In this document: piece after piece, positions 1 through 11,599 of the stretch | Layout: every line of letters begins with the position of its first letter | Position numbering within the stretch: the stretch's first letter is position 1 | Origin: Lama guanicoe | Lineage: Eukaryota | Direction of reading: 5' to 3' | Length of the DNA: 26,151 nt | NCBI GenBank assembly: GCA_013239625.1 | Contig: MU053873.1 | Span: forward strand, 3,610,524-3,636,674 | The notes under the pieces: generated by a model | The model's input: the letters and a program-made list of their open reading frames with translations, nothing else | Databases searched by the model: none | What the model was told of the DNA's origin: nothing | Position numbers and translations under genes: made by a program

Positions 1-715
1 CAGCATCCCCAGAATTCCCAGCTGAGAAGAGAAGAATGCAAATGTTCAGGAGACCCCTTAAGACTGTGCCTAGACCCCAGATTAATCCTTCCTCCACTGC
101 TTCTCAGCTCGGGGCTGGTGGGGGGATGGCGTGTAACTGGCTGGGGCTTCTTTCTGCTTAAGCACTGAAGCTGTCTGTCCCTTTCCCTCAAAGTGAAGAA
201 CGGGCAGGGGTGGAACTCCCAAGCCCCCAGAGAAAGGCCATCTCCCTGAGCTCCCTGGAACCCTCCTGGGGCAGCCTGTAACCAGAGACCGCTCTGATCC
301 AGGCATGGAGGCGTCTGGTGCACAGCAGGCACTCGGTAAATGCTGCCCTCATGGAGGAACCCAGAACTTAAAGTCCGCTTGGCAATACTTCTGTGGGCTG
401 GAGGGACACAGGCCAGGATAAAGGATTCTGCATTCCCTTGAAGGACTATGGTATTTGAAGGTTATTTTCCACTACTGCCAGTTGGCAGTCCACCTCTGGG
501 GTGAATCAAACAGATGAATAAATAAACGGAAATGTCGGAATCAGAAATTGTGCGGTACCAGAGAATGGGTATGTGTTCGACTCGGGGCTCCTTGATAAAT
601 CCAAGAAACAAGGACAGAGTTAATCCAAAAGGGTGGCTTAGGCTATAGGGATGGAAAAAATTGAGCCTGTGTAAACCCATTTCTACACATGAACCCATGA
701 AGAGCATGCTGAATG

Positions 716-1273
716 TTTACAATAGCCAAGACATGGAAACAACCCAAATGTCCATCAGTAGATGACTGGATAAATAAGATGTGGTATGTACAATGCAATA
801 TTGCTCAGTCATAAAAAAAGAATGAAATAATTCCATTTGCAGCAACATGGATGGACCTAGAGATTATCTTACTAAGTGAAGTCAGACAGAGAAAGACAAA
901 TATATAATATCGCTTACATGTGGAATCTAAAACAGTGAGACAAATGAACTTACTTACAAAACAGAAACAGACTCACAGACACAGAAAAGAAACTTACAGT
1001 TACCAAACGGGAAAGGTGGGTGGAGGGAGGGAGGGATGAATTACGAGTTTGGGGTTGGTAGATAAAACTATTATATATGAAACAGATAAACAACGAGATC
1101 CTACTGTATAGCATAGGGAACAATATTCAATAACTTGTAATAATCTATAATGAAAAATAATATAAAAAGAATACATATATACATAACTGAATCACTATGC
1201 TGTACACTGGAAACGAACACATTGTAAATCAATAAAAAATAAAAATAAAGTGTAAGTTAAAAAAAGAAAGAAA
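716..1273 (+). mobile_element. 5'-truncated LINE-1 (ORF2 end + 3' UTR + A-rich tail), cetartiodactyl-type
   Basis: ORF2-end motifs TTTACAATAGCCAAGACATGGAAACAACCCAAATGTCCATC and CCATTTGCAGCAACATGGATGGACCTAGAG; artiodactyl/cetacean-type 3' UTR (CCTACTGTATAGCATAGGGAAC...ACTGAATCACTATGCTGTACAC); AATAAA at 1231 and A tail. Confidence 0.93.
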
Positions 1274-1354
1274 CCTATTTTCCTGTTTTGGGCCACCAAA
1301 GTGTTGGGGGTTATTTATCGCTGCAGCATAACCTAGCCTATCCTGACAGATACA
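1270..1354 (+). mobile_element. MLT1 (ERVL-MaLR) LTR 3' end fragment
   Basis: Ends in GCAGCATAACCTAGCCTATCCTGACAGATACA, the typical terminus of old MLT1 LTRs. Confidence 0.75.
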
Positions 1355-1444
1355 GAGGCAAATCCCTTTTGAGAAGAGGACAGGAAAAATGACCCACTGT
1401 GTACTGAACAGCCACTGCAGGACTGCCATTCATCTGACATATGT

Positions 1445-1560
1445 AAAAGCAGGAGTTCTTGAGGCAGACAGGCCCGGCCCTGCTGCTTTTTTGGCTGTGT
1501 GGCTTTAGTCATAAGTGGCTTAACCTCTCTGGGTCTCCATCTTCTCCACTGTAAATTGTT
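1445..1560 (+). mobile_element. MIR SINE fragment
   Basis: Core GGCTGTGTGGCTTTAG...CTTAACCTCTCTGGGTCTCCATCTTCTCCACTGTAAA. Confidence 0.75.
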
Positions 1561-1659
1561 TACTGGCAGGAAACCTCCCCAACTCTCCGCAGATCCTGGC
1601 AGGAGGACAAACTCTCCCAGGAAGGGATGAGGAACTTTCATTTTGCTTTGGAAGGAAAT

Positions 1660-1910
1660 CGCTTGTTGAGGACACAATGGCTAATAACAGTAATTGAGCA
1701 GAAAGAGAAGAGACTAAACAGGGAAAGAGACTATGGCCATCTTGATCCCCCAGCACCTGTCCAATTCACTGATTAATCGGTAATAAGCTTTGAAAATTAG
1801 GCAGGTACACAATGGTGCCCTCTCAAGTACCGAAAGAGACTAATCTCAAATGTTCTTCTTTAGCATCTGCTTCTATTAACCTTAATTACTGGCTATTGCC
1901 AAATTCCCCA
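1660..1910. promoter_or_regulatory. Candidate SOX/homeodomain/bHLH enhancer
   Basis: Non-repeat, AT-richer stretch with ACAATGG at 1674 and 1809, TAATTG 1691, GATTAATC 1771, TAATTA 1883, E-boxes CACCTG 1754 and CATCTG 1864. Confidence 0.4.
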
Positions 1911-2959
1911 AGACTGAGGGAAGCCAAGATGAACAGTGACCATTCCAGGATTCCACGACACTTTCCTAAAGCCTCTGACCCTTCCAGACAGACCCCACAG
2001 GCCTGCCAATGTAGGACACAGAACTCTGGATGCAGGGTGGACTGCTAACGACCATGCCCCCTGCCCCTAGATTAAAAAAAAAAACCAGTAATAATTTCAA
2101 GTTGGAAACGCAAAGCATGACTCTAGAAAGGGGCAGAGAGGAGAAAGTCCGTAACAACACTCCCTTGCTTGCCCATGGCAGACATCAATAATCAATTACA
2201 GAACTGAGCCCCGTCGAGCCCTGAGAATCTCCAACACAGCACTCAGGCAACCACTGGCAATTGTTTAGAATTGGCAGGTAGGCAGAGACCTATTCGGTAC
2301 CCTGCTCTAGGCTCACCAGCTGGTTATCTTTTATCAGAGTTATGGGATTACAGAGCTGAAAGTTGTCTGAGAGATCATGCTAGCTCTGCCTCACGTCTAG
2401 GGCACCCAGCCTCTGCTTGCTTTCCTCCAGAGACAGGAGGCTCACTATTTCACATGCCCTAATGTCTGCAGTGGCTGCGTAACCTCGAATATCTATAGCT
2501 TCAGAAGTGCATCCCAGTGATGGGATCCGTCTACTCCAGTGCTGGGGGAATGTTTCCCTTTTGTTGTTAAGTAAAAACCTTGAGGCCCGAGCAGAACAGA
2601 GGGCTTCCTCCATTCTCCCACCGCAGGGCACTCTTTCAAAGGTCTGCCCCAGGCTTTGTCTTCTCCAGGATACACATCCAGGTACCTTTTGCTATAACAT
2701 GAAATGCTGGCACGTGAAGGAGGCCCAGAAACCAGGGGGACCAACCCCTGGCGATATAAGCGGGATAACGGGGGCAACAAGCAGAGGCAGGGGCCGGGCC
2801 ACGGCAGGGTCCTGCCAGAACCAGGATTCAGCTCCCGGCTTCCTGACTCCTGGTCTTGGGCTGTTTGTACGATGCCAGGCTCCAGATTAACATTATCCCT
2901 GCTCTGCTTTGGGGACAGGATCAGAAACGTCATAGTCTGACTCAGTGCGGACAAAGGTA

Positions 2960-3230
2960 TGGGCTCAGAATCACCCAGACCTGGGTTTGAAGTTTGGTGT
3001 TTACTGGCTGTGAGATCTGGGTAAGTCCCATGAGGTCTCTGAGGCTTGACTTCTTCATGGAAAAAGCAGGGACCATAATGCTAATTGTGTGTGTGTGTGT
3101 GTGTGTGTGTTTAAGAGAGAGAGAGAGAGACAGACAGACAGGGAAAAGAGAGAAGAGGGAGTATATTAAAAAATAATGAAATGGCAGATCTATGTGCAAG
3201 GCTTGTACCATCTGACACACGAAGTCCAGA
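2960..3230 (+). mobile_element. MIR SINE interrupted by a microsatellite
   Basis: AGACCTGGGTTTGAA...GGCTGTGAGATCTGGGTAAGT core upstream of the TG/GA repeat; MIR tail resumes at about 3175. Confidence 0.65.
3086..3141. repeat. Compound microsatellite (TG)12 + (AG)n + (CAGA)n
   Basis: Directly visible. Confidence 0.95.
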
Positions 3231-3324
3231 GCAGCTACATATGGAATGTCAGCTCCCTCCGCCCCATCCTCTAAACAGGGCCAGGGCAGTTTTTAACTCA
3301 GAGTTCAAGTTGAACTGCAGACTT

Positions 3325-3566
3325 CATAGCTCTGGGCCAGCAGCGTGGTTATGCTCGAGGGCTCAAGTCCGGTGTTGATTCTGTATCCTCCCTGCCATGT
3401 GATCCTGAGCAGGCCTTTTCACCTCCCTGGGCCTCAGTTCCCCAAACTGTAAAGTGGGACACGGCCGCCCTCCTCGAGGATGTCTGTGAGGATTAAGAGC
3501 ATCAATTACGTGAAGCGCCTGGACCAGTGCCCGGCGCACGGTCGGCACTTGGGGCATGTCAACTGC
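3325..3566 (+). mobile_element. MIR SINE, near full length
   Basis: TGTGATCCTGAGCAGG...GGGCCTCAGTTCCCCAAACTGTAAAGTGGG...GTGAGGATTAAG...CAGTGCCCGGCGCACGGT. Confidence 0.85.
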
Positions 3567-4054
3567 CCTCAGTGTGGCCGCCGTGCAGCCCTCCCAGTGA
3601 GCTGAGAGGCCAGTGCAGGGCCCACAGCGATGGCTGAGAAGCACTGTCACTGCCCGCTGCCGGACCTGCCACCCACCAGACGGCCACGCGACGGCAGAAT
3701 CACCTTCTCTGGATGGCTGCCATTTTAATGACATCTGAAAGGTCACACTTCCCCACTAAGAGGCGTTCATCAGTCACACGTCTGGCTCGGAGTCTCTAGG
3801 CTTCAAGAGTGGGAAGGAAATTTCAAAAGTGTGAAGGCGGAGGGAGAAACAGCACGCAGAGTCCACGCAACGCAAAACCAGCCCCAAGTGCCCAGGATCC
3901 CTCAAATCTTTGAGTCTAAGGGGCAGGGCGGGGCGGGGCCCGCGGGGACTGTCACAAGCACATCTAATCCTGAGGTGAGGCAACCCTTTGGCAAGGCGAT
4001 GGACCTCTCCAGGCCTGGGCAGTCACGCTCTGAAATGGGATGGCTACGACGATG

Positions 4055-4316
4055 ATACAACAATTGCTCACACTTACAGCGTTTGCCGTGAGACATTCCG
4101 CTAAGCGCTCTGCCTGCATTAGCTCATTTAATCTTCACATTAAATCTGTGTCTCTCTCTGCGTGTGATAATAATAATTATTATTATCCCCATCTTACCTA
4201 GGAAGATACTGGGATTCAGAGACATTGAAGAGTTTGCCCCAGGACACAGCTGGCAAGGGGCAGACCTGGGATGTGAACTCAGGGCTGTGGGACTCCGAGC
4301 GCTGTAACCGCTCTGC
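4055..4316 (-). mobile_element. MIR SINE
   Basis: Reverse-strand MIR: CTCATTTAATCTTCAC...ATTATCCCCATCTTAC...TTGCCCCAGGACACAGCT...GGGATGTGAACTCAGG. Confidence 0.85.
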
Positions 4317-5374
4317 AGGAGGTCCTGGCTGGCAGGGCTGCGAAGCACTAGGTGTGGCTCTGCCGGGACCCCCAGCCCCATCCCTGTCTGCGCTCAGGAC
4401 CCCAGGGTCACCCCGGCTTTATCGGTCACCACGGGACCCCGTCTGGTTTAACGTGCTGGACGGCAGAACCGACAGCATGGCTTCCACTTAGGTCGCTTCC
4501 TTCCATTCCCAGGGTCTCTGAGGGACGGTTTCGTTTCAATAGACTGATAAAGAGCACTGGAAACAAAATGCCAGTGCTTCTGGAAACAACAGAGAAAAGC
4601 TCCGGCTGTCAGAGGGCTGTAAAAGGGATCAGATTTCAGGTTCTCTCTCTCCCTCTCCATCTCCATCAGGAGGGCAGGGGTGGGAGGGGAGACGGGTCCC
4701 ACCCTCCTCCTTGCAGTAGGAGCTGTGTGCCGGCCAAGCCCGTGGTAAACACAAGAATCCAGCTGCCAAGCCCTCTGGCACATTCATTAATTAAACTCTA
4801 TGGATTTGCTCTGTTCCCGGAAACCTCCACTCAATTCAATAATAACTGGAGGCCAACCAGGCTCAGGCTGCAAAAACAGCATAGCAGGCAGAGTACTCAG
4901 CTTCGGGGCAGAGCGGGGCACAGCAAGAAACCCAGGTCTGGGCGGCGGTGCCAGATTGACCTTGGCCGAGTCATTTCTGCCTCTGGGCCTCAGCCCCCTT
5001 CTCGGAACAAAGGGCCCTGAGCAGACGGAGCTCCTCTTCTGGAATCTCGGGGCCGCCTAGGCCTGCCCACGGATGCCCAGGCGGGAGTGAGCGACGCATC
5101 CGTGCACGTACCTTCCTCTCTGCCCAATAAAAACAGGGGAGGGAATGGATCCATGCTGACTTTACAAAGGTAGTTTGGAGAGCAGAGTCTTTTCATGGAA
5201 GCCAATGTATGTAATTCTAGAGGGGAAGAAGAAGAAGAAAAAAAGACTGGGCGCGTTTCCCTAAGTGTGTTATGCAAGATACCAACCTAACGAAACGCTC
5301 TGTGTGTTCTGTTCTCAAGGCGTGCTATCGATTTCCTCCATTTGGAGGCACGTTTTCCCACCCCCAGATGTAGC

Positions 5375-5475
5375 ATTTCTGAGAGCGGATGTTGTATATT
5401 TGCATAATCAAAGGCTCTGAAAAGTCCTGCATCGGAAACATTCCTTAACCAAGTGATTCTTAAATGAATTGTCTC
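5375..5475. mobile_element. Probable hAT-Charlie-type DNA transposon relic
   Basis: TTTGCATAATCAAAGGCTCTGAAAAGTCCTGCA resembles a recalled Charlie-family consensus; subfamily uncertain. Confidence 0.45.
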
Positions 5476-5739
5476 TAGCAATCTTTATGCATGGAACACG
5501 TATCAACAAGTCAAGCATAGCAAAAAAGAATTTTGGAAAACTCCCAGACCAGAAAAGTGAAGGAGGGAAACCAGCAACAGGGGTCCCCAGGGTTGACGAG
5601 GTAGGGATGGCTAGCTGGAAGAGGGTCCCTGCCCCGCCCTGACACAGGGAACGCAGCTGTGAAATGTCCGTCCTTTGACTTAACCTCATAAGAGGTATCA
5701 TTCGCATCCACTCCTTTTCTTCCCAGCAACCTCTAGAAA

Positions 5740-5838
5740 CATTTTACAAATAAGGAAACTCAGGCTCCAAGAGGTGCAGGAAGCCGCCCACGGTTCTAGC
5801 TAAGGGGCAGGTCTGGGGTTTGATCCTGGGCCTTTCTT
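5740..5838 (-). mobile_element. MIR SINE fragment
   Basis: CATTTTACAAATAAGGAAACTCAGGCTC core. Confidence 0.75.
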
Positions 5839-5868
5839 ACTGTGCCCCTTCTGTTACACTGCCGGACC

Positions 5869-6067
5869 CAGTGGTTCTCAGCCCTGGCGGCACCTTGGAA
5901 TCACCTGGGGCGCTTTGAAAACTCCAGCGTCCTGGCCGGTGTCCCAGACCAATTATGTCAGACTCTTGAGAAGCGGGGCCCAGGCCTCTGCATTTGTTCC
6001 CTAACAATGGTTTGCAAATTGGGAGGCTGAGAGCTTTGTCGGGGTGAAGGAAGGTTTTGGAAACAGC
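5869..6067. mobile_element. MER5-family (hAT-Charlie) MITE
   Basis: Begins CAGTGGTTCTCAGCCCTGGC...TTGGAATCACCTGGGG; internal GGGGCCCAGGCCTCTGCATTT. Confidence 0.85.
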
Positions 6068-6274
6068 CCAAGTCCTGCTTACAGACTGTTTGTGTCTTGT
6101 TAAATTGCATTGATTTAAAACAAGTGAGGGTTCAAGAGGGAGCAAGTGTATCTGGTCCTGTTTTGTTTTAGTTTTGTATTTTTTTTAAAGCTTGACTCAA
6201 ATCATTTCTGGGAATAATGCAAACAACGTTGGTGACTGTGTCCCACACAATGGGAAGAGCAGCCATCACCAGCG

Positions 6275-6482
6275 CCACCGTAACAGTGGCTCACAGGCGG
6301 TCCTGGGGACAGGCACCACGCTGAGCAGACACACACACATCACCTGGCCACCCTCAGAACAACCCCGGGAGGCGAGGCCCCATCACCCCCTTTCAGGGAG
6401 GAAGAAGAGGGCAAAGCAACCTGCCCGTGGCCACTCAGCCAAGAAGCGGCAGAGTTGAGACTGGAACCCGAAACCAGTCCTT
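6275..6482 (-). mobile_element. Diverged MIR SINE
   Basis: CAGGCACCACGCTGAGC...CCTCAGAACAACCCCGGGAGG...GGCAGAGTTGAGACTGGAACCC. Confidence 0.6.
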
Positions 6483-7740
6483 CCCACAACCTGGGGTGCC
6501 TCTAGGAGAAAAGGGATGGTGTGCGTCATGGGCCCTCCCTGAGCCGGGCCACATAACAAACAAAACAGGACACAGGCGACAGGCGGGCGGGCGGCCAGGG
6601 CTGGAGGCGGCCCCCGGCGCTGAATGGCCTCCCAGGATGACGTCAGCTTGAGCAGGTGCCAATGGCCCCTTCACCTGACCAGCCACGTGGCCCAGGGCCC
6701 TGGAGGTGACTTCATCGCCACCTCTCCCTGGAGGGAATGGCCAGCCCTGCGCCGCCTGCCCGGCCCTGGAGGGAGAAAAGCTGAACCAAAGGCCCGAACC
6801 ACAACAGACCCCTGCAGGAGCAGGCCTGGAGACCCGTCACCACGTGCGGGCTGACCAGGGACCAGGCACGTGCTGGCATCAGTGCATCCAGGATCCCAAA
6901 AATGGGTGTCAAGGGGGCTGCAGGCAGGCCCCCTGGACCCGGCTCTCCAGGGCTGGACGACACCCGGCCGGGGCCACGGGAAAGACTCAGCACTCGGAGT
7001 CAGGAGCCAGACTCGGGACGGCTGGTGCCACTGCGTCGCTGTGTGTCACTGGCTGGGCCCTAGTCCTGATCAAACGTCCCCTCCCCTCTGATCGAGGGCA
7101 GTGGGTGGCACCACAGCTCCCGTTTTCCACTTTCCTTTGTTAGCTTGAGAAAAATCTCTTTCAGCAAAATCACAGAAGCCCAGTATATTACAAAGATCGA
7201 GGCGCAACCACGTTTGGGGTGTGGTGGGTAGCGGGTGGGGGCTGGGGCCCTGGAATCCACCTCTCTCCTTCTGGTCCCCCATCCCCATGGAAACCTCCAG
7301 CAGCATGTAATCCGGGAGCTCCTCCACCTCCCCTCGTCACAGGTCTGGGATGCTAAGCTTGTTTCCTCCGGAGGGGCAGGTTGGGAGAGCACTGGAGAGT
7401 AGGGGGCTCTTAGCCGGAGGGATGGGTCCCGGGTGCTGCAGGTGCCTGAGCTCGGAATGGAGACCCCGACCCTGGGGCATCCTGGGACGGAGAACCCACC
7501 TCGATGTCTGGATTTCTATCCCCAATCTATCACAGGCTCCCCCGCCCCTGTGGGGCAGTCATTCTTTTTAGCAGTTTGCCGTTATGCAATGTTTTCAATG
7601 TATCTAAGTTTTCATAGTATGACAACTCTCTTTCCTTCTGCACGCCTATTTCTACGTTTACGTAAGCGCTAACCAAGTTACACAGCAATGGCTGCAAGCA
7701 CCACCGGGAAAAAGGTTTGGGATCAAACCCAATGGATCTC

Positions 7741-7810
7741 CATTCATTCGTTCGTTCGTTCGTTCGTTCATTCATTCATTCATTCAAGAAGTGTCTACTA
7801 AGTCCCGGGT
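7741..7810 (-). repeat. (TTCA/TTCG)n microsatellite, L2 3' tail
   Basis: CATTCATTCGTTCGTTCG...TTCATTCAAGAAGTGTCTACTAAG is the reverse of an L2 tail. Confidence 0.75.
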
Positions 7811-7814
7811 AAGG

Positions 7815-7978
7815 AGGACAGATTGGAAGGGGCACGAGGGAATTTTCGGAAAGGATGGAAATGCTCTAGATCTTGACGGAGTTGTGAGTTACGTGGGTGT
7901 GGGTATTTGTCAGAACTCATCAAGCTGTATGCTTAAGATACATGCATTTTGCTATATGTAAATAATACCTGAAAAATA
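7815..7978 (+). mobile_element. Old L1M (L1MB/MC/ME-type) 3' UTR fragment
   Basis: GGAAGGGGCACGAGGGAATTTT...GATGGAAATGCTCTAGATCTTGA...TATTTGTCAGAACTCATCAAGCTGTATGCTTAAGAT. Confidence 0.85.
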
Positions 7979-8009
7979 TTTATTTATGATATTCTTATAG
8001 CAGGGAATG

Positions 8010-8240
8010 TAACAATGTTAACACCCACACTAAGAATTTTATAGAGCCAACTACGTGCCAGGCACTGTCCCAGGTGCTTTATGTATGTCATCTGATGCAT
8101 TCTTCACAATAACCCTATGAAGTACTGTTATTAACCCATTTTAGAGATGATGAAACTGAGACCTGCACAAGTTAGTAGGTTGCAAGGCTGGGACCCCAAC
8201 AGACCTGTCTGGCTCCAGGGTCTGATTTTCGTCACCAACT
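8010..8240 (-). mobile_element. MIR SINE
   Basis: CTACGTGCCAGGCACTGT...CTTCACAATAACCCTATGAAGTA...CCCATTTTAGAGATGATGAAACTGAG. Confidence 0.88.
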
Positions 8241-9029
8241 AGCTTTTTTGACTCTGGACAAAACTGAGAGAGGTCCCTGTCCTCACGGCACTGCTGTTCT
8301 TGAGGAAAGGACATTATAAAGCACCTTTGCAACTCGGCTCTCAGGAGTAAAAGTGCATGAAGGAGCAGGGGGAAGAAGCCCCAGCCTCGGCGTGCAAGAG
8401 CCCAGGCCACTCAGCGGGAGCCTCCCTTCTGGTGCAAACTCTTGGGTGATCACCAGGGTGCGGTCAAGTCAGGCACGTGAATGCACCCAGCACCCAGCCT
8501 GGCGCACCGTGGGTCCTTAGTACAGGCGGCCTGAATGCATGAGCAGAGGATGGAATCCCAGTTAGCTAATGAGAAGGCTCCTGGAGCCTCCCTCCGGACA
8601 CATCGTACCAGTTCAGAAAGGGTTCCAGACTAGCCCTCCAGAAGGCTGCCTGCCTCCAACAACGACCTGAGAGCAGAGCGCAGCTCTGAGAATGTGGGGT
8701 CCAGAGAGGCAGTGTGGAGATGGAGCAGGGACAGGGCACCCCCCAGGAAACCCAAGTGGCCTGGACGGTACCAAGTAGGAGAGGGAGAACAAAGCTGGAC
8801 TTTCTCCGGCCGGTCAAGACAAGGACTGACCCTCAGGTTCTTGAGACTTGACCGAAACAGCCTCTGGGTCTTCTGGGTCTTCCATGGCCCTCGGGGACAC
8901 TTTAAACACGGAACTCCGATTTACAATCTAGAGCCTTGCCAGACCATGTTCCGAACAAGAAAGCACAGTTCACTGAGCCCTGGTCATCCACTTGACTAAT
9001 CTGGCTGTGGCCACCCAGGAGCTTAGAGT

Positions 9030-9135
9030 CCATTCACGCATGAGTCTATGCATTCATTCATTCATTCATCCATCACACATTTATTGAGTGTCACAGATGT
9101 GCCAGGTACATTGCTGACCTCTGAGGATGGGAAAG
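9030..9135 (-). mobile_element. L2 3' end fragment with (TTCA)n tail
   Basis: CATTCATTCATTCATTCATCCATCACACATTTATTGAGTG...TGTGCCAGG. Confidence 0.75.
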
Positions 9136-9364
9136 GGCAGAGGCTTTTCAGTGTCGCTTTGTGGTCTAGCAAGGATGGCTAGAAAGAATTTGGAAGAAGC
9201 TGCAGAGACACATCTAGGATCAGAACAACATTAACAAGTCAGGCAGCCTTTCATTTGTTCATTCATTCATTCACTGTTCAGCCATTCATTCATTCATTCA
9301 ACCAACCACAAGCTGTTCTTTGTGCAAATTCTCAGCATGCCCTTTGGGAAGGACGTACTGTCCT

Positions 9365-9470
9365 GGAGGGCTGGGACCATCTCTGTCTTGTTCCCTGATA
9401 GATTTCTAGGGCCTCTGACCAGGTCTGGCACACACTAGGTGCTCGATAAATATTTGCAGACAGAAGGGAC
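9365..9470 (+). mobile_element. L2 3' end fragment
   Basis: TCTGTCTTGTTCCCTG...TCTGGCACACACTAGGTGCTCGATAAATATTTG. Confidence 0.75.
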
Positions 9471-9482
9471 TGTTTTAAAGAA

Positions 9483-9760
9483 CTGTTTCTCCAAGGGTGG
9501 TGCCCACGTGACCGTCCACACCTGGGGCTCTTGAAACACAGGCAGATTCTGGGGCCCACCTCTGACCAAGAAGATCTCCACCCGAGACTCTACTTACTGA
9601 ACCAGTATCCAAGGCGCTCGCCAAAGTCCGAGCTCAGTCCTCACGGTTGCAGCCCCCTTTTGCACTCAAGGACACCACAGCTCGAAGAAGTCAAGACCTG
9701 TGGTCAAGGTCCCACATACAGGAAGTGGCCGCACCAGGATTCGAACCCAGACCCGCCTGG
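9483..9760. mobile_element. MER5-like fragment followed by a minus-strand MIR fragment
   Basis: CACCTGGGGCTCTTGAAACACAGGCAGATTCTGGGGCCCACC, then CAAGGTCCCACA...AAGTGGC...CAGGATTCGAACCCAGAC. Confidence 0.6.
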
Positions 9761-10889
9761 GGTGACCACCTGTGTTGCTTCTTCCCCCACTCCCCTGCCG
9801 TGGGAGACAGAAGTCACCTAGGCAAAGCAGAAACCTGGAAGGATGACGCTTCCACCGAGACGGCACTGAGTTGTTGAATATTCACGGGGCTCCACATCAC
9901 CTGACAAGACTAGGAAACTTGTGAAGCAGACCTCTGATGGGCTCTGTCCATTTTTTCATCCCTGCAAAGGGCTTGTATTTATGCATCAGAAAAGGAAAAA
10001 AAATATCCAGCATGAGATATAAGATGGTCCAACTGTCCTGCCCCTAGCCATGTCACAGAGCGGCCCTTGTCTAACTCCGGGTGGTGGCTGCCTTCCTGGT
10101 TACTGTTAATGACCCCCCGACACGCCGTCACCACCAAGTAGCAACTCAGGCGCCGAGGTGGGGAGGGCTCCGAGGGGTGTGTCCTGGGACAGGGGTGGGG
10201 ACGCCAAGTGGAAGGAAAGGCGTCTGGGAGGGTGATGGGGGAGCCGCTGGTTCAGTCGCTGCAGGCCGGACCCGAGTGCTCTAGTTCGTCCCTCTCCTGA
10301 CGACCAAGACACCTACATGGGGATGATCTTTCTGGAGAGGAAATAGCACAGTTTTAAGGAAGGGCTTAACTTTCTCCAGCCTCCAACAGAAAGCAGGGCC
10401 CTGTTCCGCCCCTGCAGGCAGAGGGAGTGGCTGGTGCACCGGCAGGCTGGAGGGTAGTTCCTCCCAGAGCTGGGAGCAGCCCCACGTGGTTGGAAAGGGA
10501 GGCCAGGCAGAGCAAAGCCACCACGATGGGGAAACGGAGGCCTCCTCAAAGTCTGGCTGAAAGTCACACTCTGGCAGACAGAGGAGCAGGGATTTGAATC
10601 CAGGCTGATTCTATGGAGAGGCCTGAGAAGGTCACACCAGAGACCTTTTCCACAGACAGAGAGGGAAACTGAGGCCCACCACCAGGGCTGTAGAGGAGGG
10701 GCTGGTTCGAGGCTGGGTACCTGCGATCTGAATCTTCATCACTTTTCTGAAAACTTCACCGAGGTGGGAACTGCATCTCATAATCTTCAGGGCCTCCCAC
10801 AGCTAGCTGCAGAGTTTTGCAAACAGTAGGAGCTCAATACATGTCTGCTGCTCCACTCTGAAGGAGAGCAGGGTTGAGAACTGCACGAC

Positions 10890-11060
10890 CTCTGAATGCC
10901 CCAACTTTGAATTCAGAAACCCAAGCTCCGGTCCTGGGTCTGTCCCTGACTTGCTGTGTGACCTTGTGATGGTCTCTTTCCGTCTCTGGGCCTTGGCTTC
11001 CCCAGCTGTAACATGAAAGGGGTGGACTGGAATAACCTAGACTCAAGAGGTCCTCTGAGG
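10890..11060 (+). mobile_element. MIR/MIR3 SINE
   Basis: CTGACTTGCTGTGTGACCTTG...CTCTGGGCCTTGGCTTCCCCAGCTGTAACATGAAAGGGGTGGACTGG. Confidence 0.8.
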
Positions 11061-11599
11061 AGAGGAACTCCACATTCACGCCCTGCCCCTCAGTGGCCGG
11101 TTTACACTTGTTCCCAGGGCCTGTACAAAAACTTTTCTGGATAAGGAACCTGTTTCCTATCATTCACCAGGGTGGCTACCGTGGTATATTCTTCAAATCC
11201 AGCGCCAGAGGTTCCAGAACCTTCCTGCCAAGAAGTCTGCAGTGGATGCGGGTGGCAGCTGCCTCAACACAACCTCTGCATCCACCCCTCACCCTTCCCA
11301 CCGCAAAAGGCAACTGCTGAGGAAAAAGGAACGGACTTTTAACTACTAATTGAGGGATTACGGATGTTAAATTATAGGTGTGCCCAGGGAAGGGCTGTTT
11401 CTAGAAATCGTGCCGGTGAGTGACAGGAGTGTGGGCTGTTGGATAATTCCTGGCTTTGGCAGAAGGCAAATATTTGGATGTAGAGCCGGAAGACACAGGG
11501 CTGGGAATTCAACAGACTGTGAAAGGCATCCTGGATTGCTACAGAATATGCACCTGCCCCCTTCCCACCCCCCCCCACCCCACCCCACCCATGTGACAG

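Noticed and set aside
1890..1903. TGGCTATTGCCAA as an NFI palindrome
   Set aside because: Spacing is one base short of TTGGC-N5-GCCAA; half-site only
4352..5020. 222-aa plus-strand ORF and overlapping 111-aa minus-strand ORF
   Set aside because: No recognisable domain; the plus ORF has a GTG start; no convincing donor (CTAAGT at about 4486-4491 lacks the initial GT)
7214..11591. G-quadruplex-like runs at about 7214-7248 and 11556-11591
   Set aside because: Common in GC-rich mammalian introns; no contextual support for function
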